A stretch of DNA of 14,846 bases from a virus (taxonomy: Duplodnaviria; Heunggongvirae; Uroviricota; Caudoviricetes): IMG/VR virus record IMGVR_UViG_2703718772_000005; one strand, 5' to 3'. Positions 6,289-14,846 of the stretch are shown in pieces. A program made the position numbers and the translations under genes. Below the pieces are notes generated by a model. That model made no database searches. It saw only the letters and a program-made list of their open reading frames with translations, and was not told the origin of the DNA. Numbering within the stretch: the stretch's first letter is position 1; every line of letters starts with the position of its first letter.

Positions 6289-7783
6289 TCTTTCACACAT
6301 TATTGCCGCAGCATTCAATGAACCGCTGCTTCTGGAGCCCGCCTATGCGCGGGTTTTCTTTTGCGCGCTCGGGCGCGAGATGGGGGCATCAAGTCTTTCG
6401 GTACCACAACAGCAGGTACAGTTTGATGCTCCCGGAATGCTGGCTGAAACGGACGAGTACATGGCCGGAGGTAAACGACCGGCCCGTGTTTACCGGGTGG
6501 TGAACGGTATTGCTGTACTGCCGGTGACCGGCACGCTGGTGCACCGGCTGGGGGGTATGCGGCCATTTTCCGGAATGACAGGCTATGACGGCATTGTCGC
6601 CTGTCTTCAGCAGGCAATGGCGGATAGCCAGGTGCGGGGCGTACTGCTGGACATTGACAGTCCGGGCGGGCAGGCCGCCGGCGCGTTTGACTGCGCTGAC
6701 ATGATTTACCGCCTCCGTCAGCAGAAGCCGGTCTGGGCACTGTGCAATGACACGGCCTGCTCTGCAGCCATGCTGCTGGCGTCGGCCTGCTCCCGACGGC
6801 TGGTTACCCAGACATCCCGTATCGGCTCCATTGGCGTGATGATGAGCCATGTCAGCTATGCCGGTCATCTGGCGCAGGCCGGTGTTGATATCACGCTGAT
6901 TTACTCAGGGGCGCACAAGGTGGATGGCAATCAGTTTGAAGCGTTGCCGGCAGAGGTTCGCCAGGACATGCAACAGCGCATTGATGCGGCGCGCCGGATG
7001 TTTGCTGAAAAAGTAGCGATGTATACCGGTCTGTCTGTTGATGCTGTCACGGGAACAGAGGCCGCCGTTTTTGAAGGTCAGTCCGGCATTGAGGCCGGGC
7101 TGGCGGATGAATTAATCAATGCGTCGGATGCCATCAGTGTGATGGCCACGGCGCTGAACAGTAATGTCAGAGGAGGCACTATGCCGCAATTAACTGCAAC
7201 GGAAGCCGCCGCGCAGGAGAACCAGCGAGTGATGGGGATCCTGACATGCCAGGAAGCGAAAGGACGTGAACAGCTTGCCACGATGCTGGCAGGACAACAG
7301 GGCATGAGCGTTGAACAGGCCCGGGCGATTCTGGCCGCGGCGGCACCACAGCAGCCGGTGGCATCCGCGCAGAGTGAAGCCGATCGCATTATGGCGTGTG
7401 AAGAAGCGAAAGGTCGTGAACAACTGGCGGCAACGCTGGCGGCGATGCCGGAGATGACGGTGGAAAAAGCCCGCCCGATCCTGGCTGCTTCACCGCAGGC
7501 GGATGCCGGACCCTCACTCCGTGATCAGATCATGGCACTGGATGAGGCAAAAGGGGCTGAGGCGCAGGCTGAACAGCTGGCTGCCTGCCCGGGAATGACT
7601 GTGGAGAGCGCCCGGGCTGTGCTGGCTGCGGGATCAGGTAAGGCAGAACCGGTCTCTGCATCCACAACCGCCATGTTTGAACGCATCATGGCGAACCATT
7701 CACCGGCAGCGGTACAGGGTGGCGTGCCACAGACGTCAGCAGACGGTGATGCGGACGTGAAAATGCTCATGGCCATGCCATGA
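6278..7783 (+). CDS. C: Head maturation protease/scaffold protein C (lambda gpC-like)
   Basis: 501 aa. N-terminal two-thirds strongly resemble lambda gpC (FNEPL.LEPAYARVFFCAL, GIAVLPV.GTLV, GMTGY.GI, VWAL.ND, SIGVMM.H, ITLIYSG.HKVDGN). GTG start with SD GAGGAG upstream; overlaps the portal stop. Confidence 0.9.
   Translation: MRRNLSHIIAAAFNEPLLLEPAYARVFFCALGREMGASSLSVPQQQVQFDAPGMLAETDEYMAGGKRPARVYRVVNGIAVLPVTGTLVHRLGGMRPFSGMTGYDGIVACLQQAMADSQVRGVLLDIDSPGGQAAGAFDCADMIYRLRQQKPVWALCNDTACSAAMLLASACSRRLVTQTSRIGSIGVMMSHVSYAGHLAQAGVDITLIYSGAHKVDGNQFEALPAEVRQDMQQRIDAARRMFAEKVAMYTGLSVDAVTGTEAAVFEGQSGIEAGLADELINASDAISVMATALNSNVRGGTMPQLTATEAAAQENQRVMGILTCQEAKGREQLATMLAGQQGMSVEQARAILAAAAPQQPVASAQSEADRIMACEEAKGREQLAATLAAMPEMTVEKARPILAASPQADAGPSLRDQIMALDEAKGAEAQAEQLAACPGMTVESARAVLAAGSGKAEPVSASTTAMFERIMANHSPAAVQGGVPQTSADGDADVKMLMAMP
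7181..7783 (+). CDS. Nu3: Nu3-like scaffolding protein from an internal in-frame start within C
   Basis: In-frame ATG at 7181 preceded by AGGAGG (7171-7176). In lambda the scaffold Nu3 is translated from an internal start in the C frame (established knowledge); the exact start here is inferred. Confidence 0.5.
   Translation: MPQLTATEAAAQENQRVMGILTCQEAKGREQLATMLAGQQGMSVEQARAILAAAAPQQPVASAQSEADRIMACEEAKGREQLAATLAAMPEMTVEKARPILAASPQADAGPSLRDQIMALDEAKGAEAQAEQLAACPGMTVESARAVLAAGSGKAEPVSASTTAMFERIMANHSPAAVQGGVPQTSADGDADVKMLMAMP
7226..7631 (+). repeat. Three diverged tandem repeats (about 36-40 codons each) in the C/Nu3 scaffold domain
   Basis: Protein-level repeats RVMGILTCQEAKGREQLATMLAGQQGMSVEQARAILAAA / RIMACEEAKGREQLAATLAAMPEMTVEKARPILAAS / QIMALDEAKGAEAQAEQLAACPGMTVESARAVLAAG, starting near 7226, 7381 and 7523. 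DNA copies are diverged, so the duplications are old. Confidence 0.7.
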
Positions 7784-7819
7784 AGCCAGTGCTGACCATC
7801 AACAGGAGGTTTTTACAAT

Positions 7820-8167
7820 ATGGTGACGAAAACTATCACTGAACAGCGTGCGGAAATACGTATTTTTGCCGGTAATGATCCGGCTCATACCGCCACAGGC
7901 AGCAGCGGGATTTCCTCGGCAACACCGGCACTGACGCCCCTGATGCTGGATGAGGCCACCGGGAAACTGGTGGTCTGGGACGGACAAAAAGCCGGTAGTG
8001 CGGTTGGCATACTGGTACTGCCGCTTGAAGGCACAGAGACGGCGCTGACCTATTACAAGTCGGGGACCTTTGCGACGGAGGCAATCCGCTGGCCTGAAAG
8101 TGTGGATGAACACAAAAAGGCCAACGCCTTTGCCGGCAGTGCCCTGAGTCACGCGGCGCTGCCGTAA
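7820..8167 (+). CDS. D: Head decoration protein D (gpD-like)
   Basis: 115 aa, similar to lambda gpD (DPAHTAT, TPLMLD, KLV.WDG, AVGIL, YYKSGTF, TEAIRWPE, AFAG). SD AGGAGG upstream. Confidence 0.9.
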   Translation: MVTKTITEQRAEIRIFAGNDPAHTATGSSGISSATPALTPLMLDEATGKLVVWDGQKAGSAVGILVLPLEGTETALTYYKSGTFATEAIRWPESVDEHKKANAFAGSALSHAALP

Positions 8168-8175
8168 CACGTTAT

Positions 8176-8195
8176 CAGGCCACCGCGGTGGCCTG
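8176..8195 (+). other. Perfect GC-rich palindrome in the D-E intergenic region
   Basis: CAGGCCACC-GC-GGTGGCCTG followed by ACUGAUUUCUGAAUG; possible attenuator or RNA-stability hairpin. The U tract is weak for a terminator. Confidence 0.3.
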
Positions 8196-8224
8196 ACTGA
8201 TTTCTGAATGAAAGGAACTGATTT

Positions 8225-9253
8225 ATGGGATTGTTTACGACCCGCCAGTTACTCGGTTATACCGAACAAAAAGTGAAATTTCGTGCGCTGTTTCTGGAGC
8301 TGTTTTTCCGCCGTACGGTGAATTTCCATACCGAAGAGGTGATGCTGGACAAAATTACCGGAAAAACGCCGGTGGCGGCCTATGTTTCCCCGGTTGTTGA
8401 AGGAAAAGTGCTGCGTCATCGTGGTGGTGAAACCCGCGTGTTACGTCCGGGCTACGTCAAGCCGAAACACGAATTTAATTACCAGCAGGCGGTTGAGCGT
8501 CTTCCCGGTGAAGATCCGGCTCAGCTGAACGACCCGGCCTACCGTCGTCTGCGTATCATCACTGATAACCTCAAACAGGAAGAGCACGCCATTGTCCAGG
8601 TGGAAGAAATGCAGGCGGTGAATGCCGTGCTGTATGGCAAATACACGATGGAAGGAGACCAGTTCGAGAAAATTGAGGTCGATTTTGGCAGGTCGACGAA
8701 GAATAACATCACTCAGGGTAGTGGTAAGGAGTGGTCAAAACAGGATCGTGACACGTTCGATCCTACACATGATCTTGACCTCTACTGCGACCAGGCCAGC
8801 GGTCTTGTGAATATTGCCATTATGGACGGTACCGTCTGGCGTCTGCTGAATGGCTTTAAATTGTTCCGCGAAAAACTGGATACCCGTCGCGGCTCTAATT
8901 CGCAACTCGAAACAGCGGTGAAAGACCTGGGCGCGGTGGTGTCCTTCAAAGGGTATTACGGCGATCTGGCCATTGTGGTGGCAAAAACGTCTTATGTGGC
9001 AGAGGACGGTACCGAAAAACGTTATCTGCCTGAGGGCTCGCTGGTCCTGGGGAATACGGCAGCAGAGGGCATTCGTTGCTATGGTGCCATTCAGGATGCG
9101 CAGGCGTTGTCCGAAGGTGTGGTGGCCTCTTCCCGTTATCCGAAACACTGGCTGACGGTAGGGGATCCCGCCCGTGAATTTACCATGACGCAGTCCGCGC
9201 CGCTGATGGTGTTGCCGGACCCGGATGAGTTTGTGGTGGTACAGGTGAAATAA
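8225..9253 (+). CDS. E: Major capsid protein E (gpE-like)
   Basis: 342 aa, extensive similarity to lambda gpE along its length (YVSP.V.G, PGYVKPKHE, DPAYRR.RII, VEEMQAV.AVL.GKYTM, NNITQ, TRRGSNS.LETAVKDLG, YPK.W.T.GDPAREFTM.QSAPLM, DPDEFV.VQ). SD AAGGAA upstream. Confidence 0.95.
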   Translation: MGLFTTRQLLGYTEQKVKFRALFLELFFRRTVNFHTEEVMLDKITGKTPVAAYVSPVVEGKVLRHRGGETRVLRPGYVKPKHEFNYQQAVERLPGEDPAQLNDPAYRRLRIITDNLKQEEHAIVQVEEMQAVNAVLYGKYTMEGDQFEKIEVDFGRSTKNNITQGSGKEWSKQDRDTFDPTHDLDLYCDQASGLVNIAIMDGTVWRLLNGFKLFREKLDTRRGSNSQLETAVKDLGAVVSFKGYYGDLAIVVAKTSYVAEDGTEKRYLPEGSLVLGNTAAEGIRCYGAIQDAQALSEGVVASSRYPKHWLTVGDPAREFTMTQSAPLMVLPDPDEFVVVQVK

Positions 9254-9260
9254 TCCGTGA

Positions 9261-9290
9261 GCGGGGGCGAAATGCCCCCGTGTCTTTTTT
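9261..9290 (+). terminator. Intrinsic terminator/attenuator just after the major capsid gene
   Basis: CGGGGGC-GAAAU-GCCCCCG hairpin followed by UGUCUUUUUU, immediately 3' of the E stop and 5' of the FI RBS. Confidence 0.55.
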
Positions 9291-9304
9291 CACAGGGGGA
9301 TGAT

Positions 9305-9679
9305 ATGGCAACGAAAGAGCAAAATCTGAAACGGCTTGATGAACTGGCCCTGATTCTGGGGCGTGAGCCGGATATATCCGGGAGTGCCGCAGAGATAGCG
9401 CAGCGGGTGGCAGAATGGGAAGAGGAAATGCAGTCATCCGGCGATGATGTACAGGTTATGAATATGGATATCCGGGAGAGGGAAAACGCGGCTCATGATG
9501 TTCGTGAGGAAACATCCGGCGCGTTAACGCGCATCAGAGTTCTGACCTGCCTCCATCTCTGTGGCGTTGATGGTGAAACGGGGGAATCCGTTGAGCTTGC
9601 GGATGTTGGTCGGGTGATTCTGATTATGTCCTCAGATGCAAAAACACACGTTGATGGTGGAATGGCTGTTTATGCGTGA
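9305..9679 (+). CDS. FI: DNA-packaging protein FI (gpFI-like)
   Basis: ATG at 9305 with SD AGGGGGA upstream. The track ORF starts earlier (9257) but that region contains the terminator hairpin. Position between E and FII; acidic protein; similarity to lambda FI is weak. Confidence 0.7.
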   Translation: MATKEQNLKRLDELALILGREPDISGSAAEIAQRVAEWEEEMQSSGDDVQVMNMDIRERENAAHDVREETSGALTRIRVLTCLHLCGVDGETGESVELADVGRVILIMSSDAKTHVDGGMAVYA

Positions 9680-10025
9680 TTTTCAGAATGCCTTTGATGC
9701 CGCCCTTGCCGGGGTGGACAGTACGATTGTTGAAGTGATGGGCATCAGTGCGCAGTTCACCTCCGGTGCACAGCGTGGCGGCGAAGTTCAGGGGGTTTTT
9801 GACGATCCGGAGTCGCTGGGGTTTGCCAGTAGTGGGATCCGTATTGAAGGAAGCAGCCCGTCATTATTTGTGCGGACGGATACGGTTCGTGCCGTGCGGC
9901 GTGGTGACACGTTGACCATTAATGGTGAGACGTTCTGGGTGGATCGTGTTTCTCCGGATGACGGGGGCAGTTGTTATCTCTGGCTGAACCGTGGGCAACC
10001 ACCCGCAGTTAACCGGCGACGATAA
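9672..10025 (+). CDS. FII: Head-tail joining protein FII (gpFII-like)
   Basis: Starting at ATG 9672 gives 117 aa, strongly similar to lambda gpFII (F.NAFDAA, RGVFDDPE, VRVEGSSPSLFVRTD.VR..RRGDTLTI, FWVDRVSPDDGGSC.LWL.RG.PPAVNRRR). Overlaps the FI stop by 8 nt. Confidence 0.85.
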   Translation: MRDFQNAFDAALAGVDSTIVEVMGISAQFTSGAQRGGEVQGVFDDPESLGFASSGIRIEGSSPSLFVRTDTVRAVRRGDTLTINGETFWVDRVSPDDGGSCYLWLNRGQPPAVNRRR

Positions 10026-10039
10026 ACGCAGGGTGAATT

Positions 10040-10615
10040 ATGGCGATAAAAGGGCTTGATCAGGCGATTGAAAATCTGAGCCGGGTTCGTAAAAACGCCA
10101 TTCCGTCGGCTTCAGCAATGGCTATTAACCGCGTGGCTACAACGGCGATTAATCAGTCTTCATCACAGGTTGCCCGGGAGACCAGGGTGAGCCGGAAACT
10201 GGTAAAGGAACGGTCCAGACTGAAACGGGCGACGGTCAGAAATCCGAATGCCAGAATTATCGTTAACCGCGGTGATCTCCCTGCTATTAAGCTGGGGATC
10301 AGGATGCTTGGTCATCGTCCGAACAGCATACTTAAAGCCGGTCAGCATCGTTATCAGCGGGCATTCATCCAGCGATTAAATAATGGGCGCTGGCATGTTA
10401 TGCAACGTTTGCCAGAAGCCCGGTATGCGAAGGGCAATGACGATAAAGGAAGGAAAAAGCGTAATCGTCTTCCCATTCAGGTGGTTAAAATTCCGATGGC
10501 GGCCCCACTGAAGCAGGCTTTTGATGAGAACGTTAACCGTATCCGGCGAGAACGTCTGCCAAAAGAACTGGGCTATGCGTTGAAACAACAACTAAGGATT
10601 GTGATAAAGCGATGA
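10040..10615 (+). CDS. Z: Tail completion protein Z (gpZ-like)
   Basis: 191 aa, resembles lambda gpZ (MAIKGLD.AI.NL start as recalled); canonical position after FII; stop overlaps the U start (ATGA). Confidence 0.85.
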   Translation: MAIKGLDQAIENLSRVRKNAIPSASAMAINRVATTAINQSSSQVARETRVSRKLVKERSRLKRATVRNPNARIIVNRGDLPAIKLGIRMLGHRPNSILKAGQHRYQRAFIQRLNNGRWHVMQRLPEARYAKGNDDKGRKKRNRLPIQVVKIPMAAPLKQAFDENVNRIRRERLPKELGYALKQQLRIVIKR

Positions 10616-11007
10616 AACATACTGATATCCGTGCTGCAGTGCTGGATGCACTCGAGCAGCATGAACACGGGGCGACGCTGTTTGATGGTCGCCCCGCTGT
10701 TTTTGATGAGGCGGATTTTCCGGCAATTGCTGTTTATCTCACCGGCGCTGAATACACGGGCGAAGCGCTGGACAGCGATACCTGGCAGGCGGAGCTGCAT
10801 ATTGAAGTTTTCCTGCCTGCTCAGGTGCCGGATTCAGAGCTGGATTCGTGGATGGAAAGCCGGATTTATCCGGCGATGAGTGCGATCCCGGCACTGTCAG
10901 GCCTGATTACCACGATGGTTACGCAGGGCTATGAGTATCGTCGTGATGACGATATGGCGTTATGGAGTTCTGCTGATTTGACTTATTCCATTACATACGA
11001 GATGTGA
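10612..11007 (+). CDS. U: Tail terminator protein U (gpU-like)
   Basis: 131 aa, the same length as lambda gpU; canonical position between Z and V. Confidence 0.85.
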   Translation: MKHTDIRAAVLDALEQHEHGATLFDGRPAVFDEADFPAIAVYLTGAEYTGEALDSDTWQAELHIEVFLPAQVPDSELDSWMESRIYPAMSAIPALSGLITTMVTQGYEYRRDDDMALWSSADLTYSITYEM

Positions 11008-11014
11008 GGACGAT

Positions 11015-11767
11015 ATGCCAACACCAAATCCTCTGGCACCGGTAAAAGGTGCCGGTACCACCCTGTGGGTTTATAACGGTCAGGGTGATGCCTATGCAAA
11101 CCCGTTGTCAGACGATAACTGGCAGCGACTGGCACAGGTAAAGGATCTGACGCCGGGCGAGATGACGGCAGAACCCTACGATGATAACTACCTGGATGAT
11201 GAAGACGCGGACTGGACTGCGACCGGGCAGGGGCAGAAGTCTGCAGGAGATACCAGTTTTACGCTGGCCTGGAAACCGGGAGAAGAAGGTCAGAAAGGGC
11301 TTATAGGCTGGTTTGAAAGCGGGGATGTGCGGGCCTATAAAATCCGTTTCCCGAACGGCACGGTGGATGTGTTCCGTGGCTGGGTCAGCAGTATCGGTAA
11401 GGCCGTAACGGCGAAGGAAGTGATCACCCGTACGGTGAAAGTGACCAACGTGGGTAAACCTTCTGTGGCGGAAGAACGCAGCGAAATTACGCCGGTCAGT
11501 GCGATTAAGGTGACGCCGACATCCGGTACGGTGGCAAAAGGGAAAACAACCACCCTGACGGTTTCTTTTGAGCCGGAAAGTGCAACAGACAAGACGTTCA
11601 GAGCGGTTTCCGCCGATCCGTCGAAAGCCACCATTAGTGTGAAAGATATGACAATTACGGTAAACGGCGTGGCGACAGGTAAGGTGCAGATCCCTGTGGT
11701 GAGCGGAAATGGTCAGTTCGCCGCAGTGGCTGAAGTCACCGTTACTGAAGCGGGCGCTGCAGGGTAA
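11015..11767 (+). CDS. V: Major tail tube protein V (gpV-like) with C-terminal Ig-like domain
   Basis: 250 aa, strong similarity to lambda gpV ([103 protein letters not shown]); C-terminal T/V-rich segment typical of the Ig-like domain. Confidence 0.95.
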   Translation: MPTPNPLAPVKGAGTTLWVYNGQGDAYANPLSDDNWQRLAQVKDLTPGEMTAEPYDDNYLDDEDADWTATGQGQKSAGDTSFTLAWKPGEEGQKGLIGWFESGDVRAYKIRFPNGTVDVFRGWVSSIGKAVTAKEVITRTVKVTNVGKPSVAEERSEITPVSAIKVTPTSGTVAKGKTTTLTVSFEPESATDKTFRAVSADPSKATISVKDMTITVNGVATGKVQIPVVSGNGQFAAVAEVTVTEAGAAG

Positions 11768-11780
11768 ACGGAGGTAATAC

Positions 11781-12212
11781 ATGTTTCTGAAAACCGAACA
11801 ATTTGAATATAACGGTGTGTCCGTCACGCTTTCCGAGCTGTCTGCGCTGCAGCGTATCGAGCATCTTGCCCTGCTGAAACGACGGGCAGAACAGGCTGAA
11901 GCCAGCGGTAACCTGCAGGTGAGCGTGGAAGACCTTGTCAGAACCGGCGCGTTTCTGGTGGCGATGTCCCTGTGGCATAACCATCCACAGAAAACGGAGT
12001 CACCGTCAATGAATGAGGCCGTGATGAAGATAGAGCAGGAAGTGCTCACCACCTGGCCTGCCGATGCCATTGCCCGGGCGGAAGACGTGGTGTTGTGCCT
12101 GTCCGGGATGATCGAAGCTGTTCGTCCGGATACTGATATTACTGAAGTGGCGAAAAATAACACGCTGACTGATGATGATTTTTCTGCGGGAAAGTCTTCG
12201 ACGGCGAGCTGA
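11781..12212 (+). CDS. G: Tail assembly chaperone G (gpG-like)
   Basis: 143 aa, strong similarity to lambda gpG (MFLKTE.FE.NGV.VTLSELSALQRIEHLAL.KR.AEQAE..., AFLVAMSLWHNHPQKT). SD GGAGG upstream. Confidence 0.9.
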   Translation: MFLKTEQFEYNGVSVTLSELSALQRIEHLALLKRRAEQAEASGNLQVSVEDLVRTGAFLVAMSLWHNHPQKTESPSMNEAVMKIEQEVLTTWPADAIARAEDVVLCLSGMIEAVRPDTDITEVAKNNTLTDDDFSAGKSSTAS

Positions 12213-12652
12213 ACTTTGCCCTCAGACTGGCGCGTGAGATGGGGAGACCCGACTGGCGCGCCATGCTTGCCGGGATGACATCCACCGAATATGCCGACTG
12301 GCACCGTTTTTACCGCACGCATTATTTTCAGGATACCCAGCTGGATATGCATTTTTCCGGGCTGACGTACGCTGTACTCAGCCTGTTTTTTTGCGATCCG
12401 GATATGCATCCCTCTGATTTCAGTCTGCTTGTCCCCCGGCATGAGGAAGAGCAGGTGGAGAGGCCGGATGAGGACAAAATGCTGATGCAGAAAGCGGCAG
12501 GACTTGCCGGAGGCGTCCGGTTCGGTGGGGACGGAGGGCGCGATATTTTATCGTCTGCGGATGTGGCGGATGTCATGGTGGATGATGCCGCATTAATGAT
12601 GGCTTCAGCGGGGATTTCCGGAGGTGTGAGATATGTCCCAGCCGGTTGGTGA
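11781..12652 (+). CDS. T: G-T fusion chaperone made by programmed -1 ribosomal frameshift (gpGT-like)
   Basis: Slippery heptamer G GGA AAG at 12188-12194 in the G frame, 6 codons before the G stop. The -1 frame is open from there to the TGA at 12650-12652 (track ORF 12239..12652 is the distal part). Matches the lambda G/GT arrangement. Confidence 0.8.
12188..12194 (+). other. Programmed -1 frameshift slippery site GGGAAAG
   Basis: Heptamer read directly; in-frame as G GGA AAG in gene G. Confidence 0.8.
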
Positions 12653-14846
12653 TCTTGTTATTGACCTTAGTCTGGATGCGGTCCGTTTCGATGAGCAGAT
12701 GAGCCGGGTAAGGCGTCATTTTTCAGGTCTGGATACCGACGCCAGAAAAACCGCCAGTGCTGTTGAACAGGGCCTGAGCCGCCAGGCGCTGGCTGCACAA
12801 AAAGCCGGGATTTCCGTCGGGCAGTATAAAGCGGCCATGCGAACCCTGCCCGCACAGTTTACGGATATCGCCACGCAGCTTGCCGGTGGTCAGAATCCCT
12901 GGCTGATCCTGCTGCAACAGGGCGGTCAGGTGAAGGACTCCTTCGGCGGGATGATCCCCATGTTCAGGGGGCTTGCCGGTGCGATCACCCTGCCGATGGT
13001 CGGGGTCACCTCGCTGGCGGTGGCGACAGGTGCGCTGGCGTACGCCTGGTACCAGGGGGATTCCACGCTTTCAGCGTTTAATAAAACCCTGGTTCTTTCC
13101 GGTAATCAGTCCGGACTGACTGCCGATCGTATGCTGACTCTCTCAAGAGCCGGGCAGGCAGCAGGGCTGACGTTTAACCAGGCGAGAGAGTCACTGGCAG
13201 CCCTGGTGAATGCCGGTGTGCGTGGTGGTGAACAGTTTGATGCCATCAACCAGAGTGTCGCGCGTTTTGCGTCTGCATCCGGTGTGGAGGTGGATAAAGT
13301 CGCTGAAGCCTTCGGGAAGCTGACCACTGACCCGACGTCGGGACTGATGGCGATGGCGCGCCAGTTCCGTAACGTGACGGCAGAGCAGATTGCGTATGTT
13401 GCACAGCTGCAGCGTTCCGGAGACGAGGCCGGGGCATTGCAGGCGGCGAACGATATCGCCACGAAAGGCTTTGATGAGCAGACCCGTCGCCTGAAAGAAA
13501 ACATGGGAACACTGGAGACCTGGGCGGATAAAACAGGGAAGGCATTCAAATCGATGTGGGATGCCATTCTGGATATCGGTCGTCCGGAATCCTCAGCGGA
13601 TATGCTCGCCAGTGCGCAGAAGGCATTTGATGAGGCGGATAAAAAATGGCAGTGGTACCAGAGTCGGAGCCAGCGCCGCGGTAAAACCTCCTCTTTCCGG
13701 GCCAACCTTCAGGGCGCATGGAATGACCGGGAAAATGCCCGTCTGGGGCTGGCAGCGGCCACGCTGCAGTCGGATATGGAAAAAGCCGGTGAACTGGCCG
13801 CCAGGGACCGGGCCGAACGGGACGCATCACAGCTGAAGTATACCGGAGAGGCGCAGAAGGCGTATGAGCGTCTGCTGACGCCGCTGGAGAAATATACCGC
13901 CCGTCAGGAAGAACTGAATAAGGCCCTGAAAGACGGGAAAATCCTGCAGGCGGATTACAACACGCTGATGGCGGCGGCGAAAAAGGATTATGAATCGACG
14001 CTGAAAAAGCCGAAGTCGTCAGGAGTCAAAGTGTCAGCCGGTGAGCGTCAGGAAGACCAGGCGCATGCTGCCCTGCTGGCGCTTGAAACCGAGCTCCGGA
14101 CGCTGGAAAAACACAGCGGTGCGAATGGGAAAATCAGCCAGCAGCGTCGCGATTTATGGAAGGCGGAAAGTCAGTATGCGGTCCTGAAAGAGGCTGCCAC
14201 GAAACGACAGTTATCTGAGCAGGAAAAATCCCTGCTGGCGCATAAAGACGAGACGCTGGAGTACAAACGCCAGCTGGCTGAGCTGGGCGACAAGGTTGAA
14301 TACCAGAAACGCCTGAATGAGCTGGCACAGCAGGCTGCGCGGTTTGAGCAGCAGCAGGGCGCGAAGCAGGCGGCAATCAGTGCCCAGGCGCGGGGCCTCA
14401 CCGACCGTCAGGTGCAGCGGGAGTCGGAAGAGCAGCGCCTTCGTGACGTGTACGGTGATAATCCGGATGCGCTGGCGAAGGCCACATCTGCACTGAAGAA
14501 CACCTGGTCTGCGGAGGAGCAGCTTCGTGGAAGCTGGATGGCCGGTCTGAAGTCCGGCTGGGGCGAGTGGGCAGAAAGTGCGACGGACAGTTTTTCGCAG
14601 GTTAAAAGCGCGGCCACGCAGACCTTTGACGGTATTGCACAGAATATGGCGGCGATGCTGACCGGTGCAGAGGCAGACTGGCGGGGATTCACCCGTTCGG
14701 TGCTGTCCATGATGACAGAAATCCTGCTTAAACAGGCCATGGTGGGCATTGTCGGGCGTATCGGCAGCGCCATTGGCGGTGCTTTCGGTGGTGGTGCATC
14801 TGCTTCCTCGGGGACGGCCATTGAGGCTGCGGCGGCGAACTTCCAT
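12633..14846 (+). CDS. H: Tail tape measure protein H (gpH-like), 3' end beyond the window
   Basis: ATG 12633 with SD GGAGGTG; open in frame for 738 codons to the window edge. N-terminus resembles lambda gpH (VGDLV.DLSLDA.RFDEQM.RVRRHFSG, AGISVGQYKAAMR.LPAQFTD.ATQLAGGQ.PWLILLQQGGQ); overlaps the T stop. Confidence 0.9.
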   Translation, partial: MSQPVGDLVIDLSLDAVRFDEQMSRVRRHFSGLDTDARKTASAVEQGLSRQALAAQKAGISVGQYKAAMRTLPAQFTDIATQLAGGQNPWLILLQQGGQVKDSFGGMIPMFRGLAGAITLPMVGVTSLAVATGALAYAWYQGDSTLSAFNKTLVLSGNQSGLTADRMLTLSRAGQAAGLTFNQARESLAALVNAGVRGGEQFDAINQSVARFASASGVEVDKVAEAFGKLTTDPTSGLMAMARQFRNVTAEQIAYVAQLQRSGDEAGALQAANDIATKGFDEQTRRLKENMGTLETWADKTGKAFKSMWDAILDIGRPESSADMLASAQKAFDEADKKWQWYQSRSQRRGKTSSFRANLQGAWNDRENARLGLAAATLQSDMEKAGELAARDRAERDASQLKYTGEAQKAYERLLTPLEKYTARQEELNKALKDGKILQADYNTLMAAAKKDYESTLKKPKSSGVKVSAGERQEDQAHAALLALETELRTLEKHSGANGKISQQRRDLWKAESQYAVLKEAATKRQLSEQEKSLLAHKDETLEYKRQLAELGDKVEYQKRLNELAQQAARFEQQQGAKQAAISAQARGLTDRQVQRESEEQRLRDVYGDNPDALAKATSALKNTWSAEEQLRGSWMAGLKSGWGEWAESATDSFSQVKSAATQTFDGIAQNMAAMLTGAEADWRGFTRSVLSMMTEILLKQAMVGIVGRIGSAIGGAFGGGASASSGTAIEAAAANFH

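Noticed and set aside
6303-7776. Multiple overlapping ORFs on both strands inside gene C (for example 6315..6740, 6389..6868, 7078..7389, 7525..7776)
   Set aside because: Overlap the strongly supported gpC frame; Pro/Arg/Ala-rich low-complexity translations.
9257-9304. Upstream extension of the FI ORF (MSGGEMPPCLFSQGDD...)
   Set aside because: This stretch contains the terminator hairpin and the SD for the ATG at 9305; the true start is most likely 9305.
11108-12442. 444-aa minus-strand ORF antisense to V, G and T
   Set aside because: Antisense to three well-supported, lambda-homologous genes; Arg/Cys/His-rich composition typical of a GC-rich antisense frame; no RBS context.
13106-14846. 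Several minus-strand ORFs (199, 211, 137, 99, 94 aa) inside the tape measure gene
   Set aside because: All are antisense to the continuous gpH-like frame with strong lambda similarity; composition artefacts of GC-rich DNA.
1-14846. CRISPR arrays, IS elements, integrase or att sites
   Set aside because: No direct-repeat/spacer periodicity, no transposase or integrase-like ORFs, and no identifiable att core were seen in the window.

Overview
The window reads as a rearranged, probably defective lambdoid prophage of an enterobacterium, made of two modules joined head-to-head at about 5667-5700. No CRISPR array, tRNA, rRNA or IS element was seen, and no large multi-domain defence system is recognisable. 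All calls are by eye and from memory of lambda proteins; no searches were run.

Left module (about 1-5700, genes on the minus strand): a lambda-type nin region (ninB, ninE, NinX-like, ninF, a 70-aa ORF, ybcO, rusA, ninH) joined by overlapping start/stop codons. It runs leftwards into a Q-like late antiterminator gene, which is followed by a PR'-like promoter and an intrinsic terminator. Between ninH and Q sits an AT-rich cargo gene on the opposite strand, encoding an outer-membrane beta-barrel with the hallmarks of the lipid A 3'-O-deacylase LpxR. Upstream of ninB is a three-gene cassette of unknown function (winged-helix protein, small two-TM membrane protein, acidic 120-aa protein).

Right module (about 5700-14846, plus strand): a lambda-like head-tail cluster in canonical order: portal B remnant, C with nested Nu3, D, E, FI, FII, Z, U, V, G with the G-T frameshift, and tape measure H running off the window. 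The portal gene is 5'-truncated at the junction; terminase, lysis, replication and immunity genes are absent from the window.

The best candidates for something undescribed are the orphan three-gene cassette at the junction and the transcriptional arrangement around the lpxR-like cargo gene; the rest is recognisable lambdoid biology.
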